From IMG/VR virus record IMGVR_UViG_3300018079_000001, positions 37,822-101,821 of that record: DNA of 64,000 nucleotides; one strand, 5' to 3'. The translations under genes were made by a program, and so were the position numbers. This DNA comes from a virus. Shown here piece by piece: positions 47,280-56,253 of this stretch; within the stretch, counting starts at the first letter, position 1, and each line of letters opens with the position of its first letter. Below the pieces are notes generated by a model. It saw only the letters and a program-made list of their open reading frames with translations, did no database searches and was not told the origin of the DNA.

Positions 47280-47744
47280 ATGGCTCGTGTTCGTGTTCGG
47301 CGGTATGTGTCTCTTGGGTCTGCTCTTCGGTTGCTCGACGGTCGAACAGATACACGACGTAGACTCCCCGCTCGACGAAGCACATCGGTTCTGATGGACC
47401 TGTCGTCTATCGAGGCCGTGAAGGCGAAGGCGGCTCGGGCCAAGGCGCGTCGAGCGCGCACGAGGAGGGAGCAATTTTCAAGCTGTAGCGGCTGCGGACG
47501 GTTCGGCCTGGTCCTCAAGAAGAGTTTGTGCTCGGAGTGCATTCGCGTAAATGAAATCATGGAGAGAGACATGGCACAGAAGAAGCTGAGTGGAGGATCA
47601 TCGCGCGGAGACAAGCTGCCGACCGTGGGCAAGTTGTTCCTGCTCCCGAAGCGCGAAGCGAAGACTCCCGATAAGCCAATCGAGTCACCTAAGCCACAAC
47701 TCGAAGGCAGAGCACCGCGCCCGCAAGACGGGGAAGAAGTATAG
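47280..47744 (+). CDS. basic Zn-ribbon protein, C-terminal GEEV tag (start uncertain)
   Basis: CSGC...CSEC; ends EGRAPRPQDGEEV. Confidence 0.55.
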   Translation: MARVRVRRYVSLGSALRLLDGRTDTRRRLPARRSTSVLMDLSSIEAVKAKAARAKARRARTRREQFSSCSGCGRFGLVLKKSLCSECIRVNEIMERDMAQKKLSGGSSRGDKLPTVGKLFLLPKREAKTPDKPIESPKPQLEGRAPRPQDGEEV

Positions 47745-48259
47745 TGCCTTCGCTCGGTGACGGATTCAGCATGGACACAGCGAATGTTTGCCTCTGTGGT
47801 CATTGGAGCGCGTCGCATCGTGGTGGTGGTAAGGCAACGTGCGAGGGTATGCGCTGTGGCTGTTACACGTTCAGGCAATTGACCACGGAGAACTGCGGGG
47901 TCGGGGTGAACCTGCCCAAGTGCCCGAAGTGCGGGTCAGTGCTCACGGGCCGGACCGTGACGCTCGGAGCGCGCGGTATGACACTGATCGTAGAATGGAA
48001 GCACCTGATGGGTAACTCGTGCAAGACGATCGAGCAAGTCAAGATGGACGAAGAAGCGGCAGAGCGGATCAAGGCTGAAGCACGTCAGCGCAACACATTT
48101 GGTGACGCCGGGGCGTTCGATGAAGACGAGTTCGAGTACGAGTACACACTGGACGATCCGGTAGGAGCGAAAGCCAAGGCGCGGGCCGTCCCGAAGCCTG
48201 AGCCGCCAAAGCCTGAACTGACTGGACGCGCCCCGCTGGCGTTGGAGGAAGAGGTATGA
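47744..48259 (+). CDS. Cys/His zinc-binding protein, C-terminal EEEV tag
   Basis: C.CGH...H...C...C.C and CPKC; ends TGRAPLALEEEV. Confidence 0.6.
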   Translation: MPSLGDGFSMDTANVCLCGHWSASHRGGGKATCEGMRCGCYTFRQLTTENCGVGVNLPKCPKCGSVLTGRTVTLGARGMTLIVEWKHLMGNSCKTIEQVKMDEEAAERIKAEARQRNTFGDAGAFDEDEFEYEYTLDDPVGAKAKARAVPKPEPPKPELTGRAPLALEEEV

Positions 48260-49362
48260 CCGAATATGTGAAGATGTACGCGTGGCTCATGCGTCGGGTG
48301 TTCAAGACGAAGAATTTTTACGTCGCCTGGGATCGGTCGAAGAGCCCGGCCGGTGAGCATAGGCTGGACGAGTTCGACTTCTGGCTGACGTTCTATCAAC
48401 TACTCGCATATGACATGGAGGGAGAAAATGGCTGAGCAAGAGATCAAGACTGTGACGTTCAGCGTGGACGTTACCGAGGCTCTGCTGGCGACGATGCAGG
48501 GCAGCGACATAGCCCGCGAGAACGTACGGAACATCCTGTACAAGCGGGTCGATGACTTCATCGCCGAGGCCCTGGCGCGGACCTACTCGTCATGATCACC
48601 TGGCGTAAGGGCTACAGATCGGTGGGCAACCCGCCACACAGCACGGTCGAAGTCGAGGAGGGGATCATCGAGCGGACTGAGTACGAGACACTGCTCCGCG
48701 CGATCGAGATACTAGCGAAGGGTTTGGGCATGAACCCCGAGCACTTGGCTGAAGTTCGAGCACTCGGCAAGGTGGAGCCGAAGCCGACCCCGAAGCGGTA
48801 TCAGGATCGACCGCATCCGTCAGCCTGTGAGCGGTATGACCCGATCATGATGTGCGATTGCTGGCCGACTCGCATGGAAGCCGAGATTGCTGAGTGGAGG
48901 GTACGAGGCTGATGGACACCAACAAACGCCTGAAGCTGATAGACATAGGCTACCGTATCCTGAACACGTGCGGCTCGTGTGTGTCGTTCAGGACGAACGG
49001 TGTAATGGGCTCGGGGTTTGGGTCCTGCACGCGCTACCAGTACATGCACCTGAAGCAAGGCAGGAAAGACTTGAGCGTACATCGGTCGGGCACCTGCCCC
49101 GAGTTCGAGGCCAAAGCGAGCCTGGAAGGCTTCGAGGAGTTCAGGCGGTGATGGACAGCCGAGAGTGGCAGTTCAAGGACAGATTCATCGCAGCGTTCCT
49201 GGCGGGGATGGCGGCAAACCAGTTCGAGCAAGCGTGTCAGGACGGATGGTCAGCAGCCGCCTACAAGCGGATGTTCCCGATCGAGGACGCTGAGCAATTG
49301 GCGAATGAAGCCTGGCGACGCTACCGTGACGAGAGCTATCCGGCCCGTAACCTGGTGCCTCG

Positions 49363-49737
49363 ATGATGGGCCGAGGGGTTGGGCGAACCTGTGCGCGCTG
49401 TGAGAAGTCGTGGGAAGGCTGAGCGGTCGAGACGACGTGCCCGCGTTGCGGGTACTGCAATGAGCCTGAGTCGCATAGCCCGAGCGACTGCCTGGCCGAT
49501 CACAGTACCGGGCTGGCTCAAGGGGAGTGGTCGGACGACGGAGCCGAGTATTTCCCTACCCTGGCTGAAATCGAGGCGTCGGTGGGGTTTGCGAAGGGGG
49601 TAAATCGGGGCGATTTGGGGGTGCGCTGGCGATATCGGGGGCTCGGGAGTGGTAAGACAGCGGGAAGCCGACCCTCGCCGATCCTGGGGCATCGTAGGCG
49701 ACGTAGGCACAACACGTGTGTGCTAATCACGTGTTAA
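49363..49737 (+). pseudogene. Zn-ribbon ORF interrupted by in-frame TGA (49420-49422); pseudogene or read-through
   Basis: MMGRGVGRTCARCEKSWEG*AVETTCPRCGYC...; ATGA-coupled start; frame stays open to 49737. Confidence 0.45.
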
Positions 49738-49780
49738 GTAGTGTAGGTTCAACGCTGAACACTTACTCAACGTCTGTTGA

Positions 49781-49794
49781 GTGGTAAAATAAAA
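49781..49794 (+). promoter_or_regulatory. GTGGTAAAATAAAA copy 2 (before terS)
   Basis: Exact repeat, preceded by three inverted repeats. Confidence 0.6.
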
Positions 49795-49810
49795 TGGTAG
49801 GGGGGACAAG

Positions 49811-50314
49811 ATGGCAGAGGGCGGCGCGACAGGTAAGGGCTTCAAGAAGGGCAAGAGCGGCAATCCAGGCGGCAAGTTTAAGGCTACGGGTTTGTCGTCA
49901 CGCACGGAAGAGGCTGTACGCAAGGCTCAAGCCATCGAAGCGTTCGGCAATGCGCTGATGACCGAGACAGCGACTAGCCTGAGCCTGGCCCCGCTGCGCC
50001 CGCTGCGCAAGGGTGAGAAGTACACGATCGAAGAGTTGCTGATGTCTCGCCCGTACATGGAAGGTGTGGTCATGCGCATGCGCCTGGGCACGGCGCCTCA
50101 CCTTGAGAAGTTCGTGTGGGAGCACGTGTTCGGCAAGGCGATTCAAACGCTGAGGATCGAGAAGCCGCCCGAGTCACCTATGGCGAAGGCCATGAAGGAA
50201 CTGAAGCCCGAGGAAATCAGGGTGCTTGCGCAAGCCGCTGCCCGAGTGATCGAGCTACGCAAAGCAGCAGTGATCGAAGTGAAAGCCTTACCGTCTGCTG
50301 ATCCTACTAAGTAG
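49811..50314 (+). CDS. terminase small subunit-like (DUF5681-type)
   Basis: GFKKGKSGNPGG N-terminal motif and FGKAIQ. Confidence 0.65.
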   Translation: MAEGGATGKGFKKGKSGNPGGKFKATGLSSRTEEAVRKAQAIEAFGNALMTETATSLSLAPLRPLRKGEKYTIEELLMSRPYMEGVVMRMRLGTAPHLEKFVWEHVFGKAIQTLRIEKPPESPMAKAMKELKPEEIRVLAQAAARVIELRKAAVIEVKALPSADPTK

Positions 50315-50315
50315 G
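50299..50315 (+). promoter_or_regulatory. 17-bp element copy 7
   Basis: Exact repeat; encodes the DPTK* end of TerS. Confidence 0.8.
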
Positions 50316-50327
50316 GAGGGCCAAACC

Positions 50328-50577
50328 ATGAGTGACCGACACCTGATCATGAGTGAGATCGAGAAGAGCGATGACGGTCGGCAGACGATTGATCAGACAG
50401 CCGACGCCATTGCCCGCATCCTGAGCTTGGGGCCGGAGGATCCGTGCCGAGGTTCGTATGCTCGTGGGTGAGTCGGGCCTGGACAACGCTGACCTGGCTG
50501 ACGAAATCCTCGATACGTTCGACTTCGACGATGACTTCGAAGACGACGACTACGACGAAGAGGACGACCAGGATTGA
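50328..50577 (+). CDS. small acidic protein, frameshifted or two overlapping mini-ORFs
   Basis: RBS-ATG at 50328 stops at 50471; the +1 frame gives ...DTFDFDDDFEDDDYDEEDDQD*. Confidence 0.4.
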
Positions 50578-50664
50578 TGTTCGAGTGGCTGACGGGTGTC
50601 TGACCACATTGCTTGGTGACCTGGGCTCAGGTCGCATGGGAGTTCATCACAAGGGGAGGGTTTG

Positions 50665-51234
50665 ATGGGAGTCAAAGGCGTTCTGACATCGAAAATGCGT
50701 GAAGCCGCTAAGGGCATCCGTGCCCCTGGACGTGAGAATGGGCCGACACTCGCCAACATGGGCGAGCCGCGTGCTCGCAAGGCGAAGCTGCGCGACGAGA
50801 CACGCCAGTATACGGTCGAGGCGGTGGACCTGGCTGAGTGGGTGAGCGGTGAGAGCCGCTTCAACGTGGTCGAGATCGTGTACGACAACGCCGAGGATGC
50901 CTTCGTGGTGACGCTATCGTCGGCGAAGCAAGCCGAGCAGCCGAGGATAACGAAGCGCGACGCGTTTGTGGACAGAGACACCGAAGCACGGTTGACGAGT
51001 GGCCCACAGGTTTCGGATGACGATGCAGGCGACATGGGCACGGCTGACGCGGTGCCTGCTATCGCATCTCGGGGTGAGCGTGACAGATTGCGCAAGCACG
51101 TGCGCTCCCGGCGTGAAATCCTGATCGAAGCGCAGAAGCAGGGAAAGCCGGCACCGGCCGCGAGGATCACGCATCGGGAGACGGACGAAGACGATCCGGT
51201 TCCGAGCGCGCTTCCGGACCATATCAATCGGTGA
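50665..51234 (+). CDS. hypothetical protein
   Basis: GGGGAGGG RBS. Confidence 0.6.
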   Translation: MGVKGVLTSKMREAAKGIRAPGRENGPTLANMGEPRARKAKLRDETRQYTVEAVDLAEWVSGESRFNVVEIVYDNAEDAFVVTLSSAKQAEQPRITKRDAFVDRDTEARLTSGPQVSDDDAGDMGTADAVPAIASRGERDRLRKHVRSRREILIEAQKQGKPAPAARITHRETDEDDPVPSALPDHINR

Positions 51235-52112
51235 TGACTGGCCTCGAAGCGCAGATCGAGGTAGCGGTCGGCATCGGCATCAGTGCGCTGACCATTGGGG
51301 GTGTGTTTGGGTGGTGCTCGTTCAAGCACCGCATGCAGCCGAGTGGCACGCGCAAGTATGGCATCGTGTACACGTGCCTGAAGAATGCACCGACGTATGA
51401 CATGGCGGGCAAGTTCCCGCCCGAGTCGCGCATGCCTGACCTGTACTGGCACACGCGTGCAGCGTGGGGTTGCAGAGAAACGTCGCTTGCATGGTGGGGT
51501 TGCAAGGAACCGACGCTCTTGCCGCATCCGCTCGTGTACGTGAATAAGGACGGCGAGAGCGTGACCTGTCACTGTGGCAGGCTCGTCGGTCAGTACGTGG
51601 TGACTCGCGACGCGCAGAACGTATGGTTCCGCGCCACGGGCGAGCTAAACTGGCTGACGAGTGCAGGGCGTTCGCTGAGCGATGACGAGGCGGCTCTGGT
51701 CACCCGCAGGCAGTACGAGGCTGAGTCGATCAGGCTCAGCGGTGGACGCTTTGTGGGACCGAATGAAGAGGGGGCTCGACGATGGGAGCCCACGCCGAAG
51801 TTTACAGTCGAGACGGCTGGAATGGCGATGGGAACACGGAAAGTGATACGTTCCGAGCAAGGTGACGTGTATACACAGATCACGTGCACACGGTGTGCGA
51901 GGCAGATGTCCGAAGATGAGTTCTATACTCAGCATTTCGTGGGTACGCCCGCGACGCTGAAGTGTGAGTCAGCACTCGGGGGAATGACTACGTGGGAGCG
52001 TCTTAACGGTGTGGACCGCAAACGGCCCAAGGCTCCCGATGCGCGCGTGGTCCTGGCTGAAGCGATCGAGGCCGGCGTGCGAGCACCGTTGTCCTTCGAT
52101 GGGGAAGTGTGA
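51231..52112 (+). CDS. hypothetical Zn-binding protein, C-terminal DGEV tag
   Basis: Ends VRAPLSFDGEV. Confidence 0.6.
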   Translation: MMTGLEAQIEVAVGIGISALTIGGVFGWCSFKHRMQPSGTRKYGIVYTCLKNAPTYDMAGKFPPESRMPDLYWHTRAAWGCRETSLAWWGCKEPTLLPHPLVYVNKDGESVTCHCGRLVGQYVVTRDAQNVWFRATGELNWLTSAGRSLSDDEAALVTRRQYEAESIRLSGGRFVGPNEEGARRWEPTPKFTVETAGMAMGTRKVIRSEQGDVYTQITCTRCARQMSEDEFYTQHFVGTPATLKCESALGGMTTWERLNGVDRKRPKAPDARVVLAEAIEAGVRAPLSFDGEV

Positions 52113-52124
52113 TGGGTCAAGGAT

Positions 52125-52349
52125 GTGGCACCACGCGACGCGGACGAGCCTGGACCACGCTGCACGTGTAGGCATACGAAGGCGCGGCATGCGAGTCCGG
52201 GATGTCTCGTGTACCTGGAAGACGCGTCTGAGTTCTGTCCATGCGCCGTGTACACGAAGCCTGGCTCACCCAAGGCGAAGGCTAGGGCGAAGACACTAGC
52301 CGACTTCTTCCCGGTGCGGGCCAGGCTCGCGTTCGACGAGGAAGTGTGA
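52125..52349 (+). CDS. small Cys/His protein, C-terminal DEEV tag
   Basis: CTC.H...H...C...C.C; ends VRARLAFDEEV. Confidence 0.6.
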   Translation: MAPRDADEPGPRCTCRHTKARHASPGCLVYLEDASEFCPCAVYTKPGSPKAKARAKTLADFFPVRARLAFDEEV

Positions 52350-52825
52350 TGGGCAGCATCGAAATACCTTTGACCGCGCTCCGTGAATGGGTGGCTACGG
52401 GCAAGAAGATCAGAGAGGTTGCTCCTATGGCAGCGATGACGACGGCAGTGAAGCAAGCGCAGGACCGCGCTATCCGTGTGCGTCGCGTGCAGCAAGTGCA
52501 GACTCTTGACGGCCGCGTGATCATGCAGGACTTCGACTTCGAGTCGCCACGGATCATGACGACGAACGGCACCAACCTCGACGTGCCGGTGACGGCGCAG
52601 AAGCAGAAGCCGAGCGTGGCGACCGTGATGGCTGACGAGGACTTTAAGCTAGCGTGCCTGGCAGCAGGTGTCGAAATATCCAGGCGGCAGGCGTCGAAGT
52701 TCCGCAAGGGACACGGTGCAGCGTTCGCGGCACAGGAGAAGCGTAGGCTGGCAGCACTCGCATATGATCCGACACCTGTGCTCGAAGGACGCGCGCCGAG
52801 GCCCCGCGACGGCGAGGAAGTATGA
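52349..52825 (+). CDS. hypothetical protein, C-terminal GEEV tag
   Basis: F..AC..AG....RRQASKFR.G.G.A pattern; ends EGRAPRPRDGEEV. Confidence 0.6.
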   Translation: MGSIEIPLTALREWVATGKKIREVAPMAAMTTAVKQAQDRAIRVRRVQQVQTLDGRVIMQDFDFESPRIMTTNGTNLDVPVTAQKQKPSVATVMADEDFKLACLAAGVEISRRQASKFRKGHGAAFAAQEKRRLAALAYDPTPVLEGRAPRPRDGEEV

Positions 52826-52832
52826 AGTCTGT

Positions 52833-52849
52833 TGATCCTACTAAGTAGG
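52833..52849 (+). promoter_or_regulatory. 17-bp element copy 8
   Basis: Exact repeat. Confidence 0.8.
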
Positions 52850-52862
52850 AAGGGTAAAGCCT

Positions 52863-53144
52863 ATGCCGGGATTTGCTGAGCAATTGGACGAATCGCGCCT
52901 GGACGACGTGCTGACCTTCGAGGGCCAGTCGGTGACTCGGCGTGACGCACAAGTGCTCCTGGCGCAGATGGTGCCGGGCTCCGACCTGGTGGACGCCGTC
53001 AAGCGGATCGCACGAGCGCGCAACATGGGGTTTTCGCAGTTCGGGAGTGAGTCTCCGATTGTACCCGTTCCGCCACTGTTCGAGCCGATGCCGCTGCCCT
53101 ATCCTGATAAGCGGGCGCCGCTCGACTTCGACGAGGATGTGTGA
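52863..53144 (+). CDS. hypothetical protein, C-terminal DEDV tag
   Basis: Ends KRAPLDFDEDV. Confidence 0.6.
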   Translation: MPGFAEQLDESRLDDVLTFEGQSVTRRDAQVLLAQMVPGSDLVDAVKRIARARNMGFSQFGSESPIVPVPPLFEPMPLPYPDKRAPLDFDEDV

Positions 53145-53168
53145 ACGGTTGAAGTGTCGTGGATACTG

Positions 53169-53244
53169 AGGGCGGTACGTCAGCGGCCAGACTTCTGGTG
53201 TCGGAAACCAGAGGACGGAGGTTCGACTCCTCCCCGCCCTACCA
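53169..53244 (+). tRNA. tRNA with CGG anticodon (Pro), atypical
   Basis: AGGGCGG/CCGCCCT acceptor, CTGGT-GTCGGAA-ACCAG arm, TTCGACT loop, ACCA. Confidence 0.8.
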
Positions 53245-53281
53245 TTTCGGTGAGATGTTAAAACGAAGACAGGAGGCGCAT

Positions 53282-53704
53282 ATGGGTATGTATGACGATG
53301 GTGGCAGTTCAGTGATTCTCGAAACTGCGCCGGACCGTGACGAGCGCAGACGGCGTGAGTACGAGGCGTGGATCGTGGCGAGCCGCAAGCAGGCACGACG
53401 CGAGCGCATCTACAAGCGTGTGACCTGGGGCGTAGCTATACTGATCACGCTCGGGTTACTGTTCGGCCTGATGGTCTACGTGAATCAGGCTACTGCGGCA
53501 CCACCGCCACAGGAGCGCGAGCTACGGCCCAAACCCCGCGCGAGGCAGGGTGTGCCGGTCGAGCAGTCCCCGCGAAGCCTGAAGGCCGCAGAGGCGTACT
53601 GCGAGAAGGCGGGCGGATTCTGGTGGGTGGACATGGACCCCGATGGCTTGCCTGGCATGAAGGTCGTCGGGTGCCTCTGGCCTGTGCCAAAGGGGATGAA
53701 GTGA
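53282..53704 (+). CDS. single-pass membrane protein
   Basis: AGGAGG RBS; hydrophobic VTWGVAILITLGLLFGLMVYV. Confidence 0.6.
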   Translation: MGMYDDGGSSVILETAPDRDERRRREYEAWIVASRKQARRERIYKRVTWGVAILITLGLLFGLMVYVNQATAAPPPQERELRPKPRARQGVPVEQSPRSLKAAEAYCEKAGGFWWVDMDPDGLPGMKVVGCLWPVPKGMK

Positions 53705-54185
53705 TGCTGACGCCGGTCATGGAAGGTGGCACGCGGTACAAGGCCGAGCGTGATCTCCGTAAGGCAACGCTGGTCGAAGTGGACAAGCGTATGGCGATGG
53801 CGAAGAGTTCGAGCGGCGTTGACAGCGTGGGGCACAGTCTGTATGCGCTGCTCCTGATCGCGCGGCTGCACGAGAGTGTCTATGATGACTGATACCATTG
53901 ACCTGAACGGTGCAGCCCTGAAACAGGTTGCGCTGGCGTGGTACGAGTACGTGGTGAATGTCGCCGGCTATACCGAAGCCAAGTGGAAGGCAGCCGAGTC
54001 GCGCTGTCTGGCCGAGTACCGTACGTTCACGCACAAGGAATGGAACGGTAAGCAGGCGAAGAACATCATTGTCGAGACACAGCGGTGGGTGCTGACCGAC
54101 AACGGCATTGACCTTTACATCGAGGGACGCAAAAATAGCCTGGCAGGCTAACTTTTGCGTCCCTGAGATACGAGATAGTTCGAGC

Positions 54186-54253
54186 GGCGGCGTGGCCGAG
54201 AGGCATCCTCGCGGGATGGGCTGAGCCTGGCCCCCAAATCCTCGTCGCCGCCA
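54186..54253 (+). ncRNA. degenerate tRNA-like element
   Basis: GGCGGCG/CGTCGCC acceptor + GCCA and TGGCCGAG D-arm start; no canonical anticodon or T loop. Confidence 0.45.
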
Positions 54254-54262
54254 GTTTTCTTT

Positions 54263-54335
54263 GCGGCTATAGCTCAAGGAAGAGCACGTCCCTCGTAAGG
54301 ACGGAGATGGTGCCTCGAAACACCTGGCCGCGCCA
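54263..54335 (+). tRNA. tRNA-Thr(CGU) with degenerate T arm
   Basis: GCGGCTA/TGGCCGC acceptor, CGTCC-CTCGTAA-GGACG arm, GCCA end. Confidence 0.7.
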
Positions 54336-54339
54336 GTTT

Positions 54340-54710
54340 GTAGAGGCCCGAGGAGAGACAAGTTCTTGGGAGCAATGGCAGGGCGTAATCTCCCCTGATC
54401 CCCTCACTGTTGAAAGGCGGTGCAACATGCGATGAAATAGGGAAAGGCCGAAAGGCTCCGGAAGAAAACTTTGTGAAATGTGGTTTTTATAAAGGTAATA
54501 GGCTGAACGAAGGGAGCCCTGCCCGGTGTTTGGGTTAGCGACAGGTGCGGGCGAGGCCGGGAAGATTCTGTGGTAAGCCTGGCGTCACGGCGGGGCATAA
54601 GAACGAGGCGACACCCAAGACGCGCCTACTCCCTTCTATTGATCGAGAGGCCGAGCGGGAACGCTGCTCGGGGAATACGGTCAGGCGGTTTGACCCTGAC
54701 CCCTCGTGAC
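54340..54710 (+). ncRNA. large structured RNA, 5' part
   Basis: No plausible CDS; GGCAGGGC/GCCCTGCC and GAAGGGAG/CTCCCTTC long-range pairs, GAAA tetraloop hairpins. Confidence 0.5.
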
Positions 54711-54711
54711 T

Positions 54712-54785
54712 GTGACGCTGGCCGAGTGGCAAGGCAGCGGGTTGTGGACCCGCGCAGCGGGGTTCGACTCCCCGGCGTCACCCCA
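54712..54785 (+). tRNA. tRNA-His(GUG)
   Basis: GCGGG-TTGTGGA-CCCGC arm, C73, CCA; position -1 is T. Confidence 0.9.
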
Positions 54786-54789
54786 ATGT

Positions 54790-54862
54790 GCCGCCTTAGC
54801 TCAGTTGGCAGAGCATCGGTTTTGTAAACCGAGGGTCCGTGGTTCGATCCCACGAGGCGGCT
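54790..54862 (+). tRNA. tRNA-Thr(UGU), CCA not encoded
   Basis: GCCGCCT/AGGCGGC acceptor, TCGGT-TTTGTAA-ACCGA arm, TTCGATC loop. Confidence 0.9.
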
Positions 54863-54865
54863 CCG

Positions 54866-55075
54866 TGCGCACGCCCTGCGAGCCGACCGGCAGGGGGAAG
54901 GAAGAGTCAGCGGGGAACTTGGTGCAAGCAGGGGAAACGCTGGCGAGGTTGGCGCGCTTCACGTCGGACTGCGACCGACGCTAAGACGACTATTTCGCGG
55001 TGGTACCCGTGTGAGCACGGCGCAACGCTGTGTGTCTCGAAGCTACGTGGACCGGGCTGGTCGGTCCCCTACCTC
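54866..55075 (+). ncRNA. structured RNA, 3' part
   Basis: Serial hairpins CCCTGC/GCAGGG, GTCAGCG/CGCTGGC, CGTCGG/CCGACG, CCGTG/CACGG, GGACCG/CGGTCC. Confidence 0.45.
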
Positions 55076-55077
55076 AC

Positions 55078-55151
55078 TCCGGTGTCAGCCAATGGTAGGC
55101 TAACGGACTGTTAATCCGTCAATCGTGGTTCGAGTCCACGCACCGGAGCCA
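55078..55151 (+). tRNA. tRNA-Asn(GUU)
   Basis: TCCGGTG/CACCGGA acceptor, ACGGA-CTGTTAA-TCCGT arm, GCCA. Confidence 0.92.
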
Positions 55152-55167
55152 AATTCTCTACGTCTGT

Positions 55168-55184
55168 TGATCCTACTAAGTAGG
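55168..55184 (+). promoter_or_regulatory. 17-bp element copy 9
   Basis: Exact repeat fused to a GGGAGG RBS (ATG 55197). Confidence 0.8.
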
Positions 55185-55196
55185 GAGGACAGCCAA

Positions 55197-55373
55197 ATGG
55201 AAAAGGACAGAGGCAGCATGCAGAAGCCGGTATGGGTAACGCTCGGCATGGCGACGCACTTCGGCGTCGGCATCGCGGCTGGCAAGGCGTTCGGATTCTG
55301 GTGGGGCGTGTTTTACGGTGCCTTTGCCGAGACGTGGCTGGTCTATCGGCTCGCCGCGTGGATACTCGCATGA
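55197..55373 (+). CDS. small membrane protein
   Basis: Hydrophobic; GFWWGVFYG. Confidence 0.55.
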   Translation: MEKDRGSMQKPVWVTLGMATHFGVGIAAGKAFGFWWGVFYGAFAETWLVYRLAAWILA

Positions 55374-55426
55374 TCAACATTCTGTGCATGATGTTGGCCT
55401 TGCGGTATTCATGATCGCCATTTCGG

Positions 55427-55756
55427 TTGCGCCTGGTGAGTAAGCGTTTCCGTTGGCGCATGGACAAGCAGTGCGACAACTGCCCCTTCGCCTCGAAGGG
55501 TGCGGGGCTTGCGCTGCGCCGGTCACTCAAGCCTGGCCGATGGGCTGAGATCACACAGTCAATCAGAGACGGCGCACCGTTCCATTGTCACAAGACGACT
55601 CAGGACATGGTCGAGGATGACGACGGCGACGTGCTCGACGTGGGCGCGAAGGCACTCATGTGCGCCGGGGCACTCGCCTACGCTGAGAAGCGCGGCGTGT
55701 CGAGCCAACTGCAACGGGTGTGCGAGCGGCTGGACTCCATGAGGAAGAGAGTGTGA
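55427..55756 (+). CDS. Cys-rich hypothetical protein
   Basis: CDNCPF...FHCHKT...CAGA pattern recurrent in phages. Confidence 0.6.
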   Translation: MRLVSKRFRWRMDKQCDNCPFASKGAGLALRRSLKPGRWAEITQSIRDGAPFHCHKTTQDMVEDDDGDVLDVGAKALMCAGALAYAEKRGVSSQLQRVCERLDSMRKRV

Positions 55757-56253
55757 TGGGCGCGGCCAAGCAGAAGGCACTCGCACTCGCGGAGGGCCGC
55801 ACATACATCGAAGTCAAGGACATGCGCGGGCTGATGTTCCCGGTCACTGAGACTCCCGAGGGCGACTTGCTCGTGACGGACGGGCTGTACAAAGGCTTCA
55901 AAATTCGCACAAAGGGAGGCGCATCATGAAACTAGCAATCATCGCGGTGGGAACTGTGGTGGTATTCTTGGCGCAGCTTGCTCTGCTGGCCGGGGCAATA
56001 TACGTTGTAGTTCACTTCGCCGTGAAGTTCTGGTGATGCAAGCCTTTGCCAAGCAAGTCAGTGTGTGGGGTGAGGAGTTCGAGGCGGTAGCAAAAGCCCT
56101 CAAGGACAAGGGCAAGCCGCAAGGTCGCATGCAGACCTGGTACTGCCACGAAGACAAGGGCTTTCATAACCTGCTCGGCAAGGTTGGTTGTGGCACATGC
56201 GCATTCTACGAAGAGCGGGTCGAATTGGACGAACCTAAACAGGAGGGAACATC

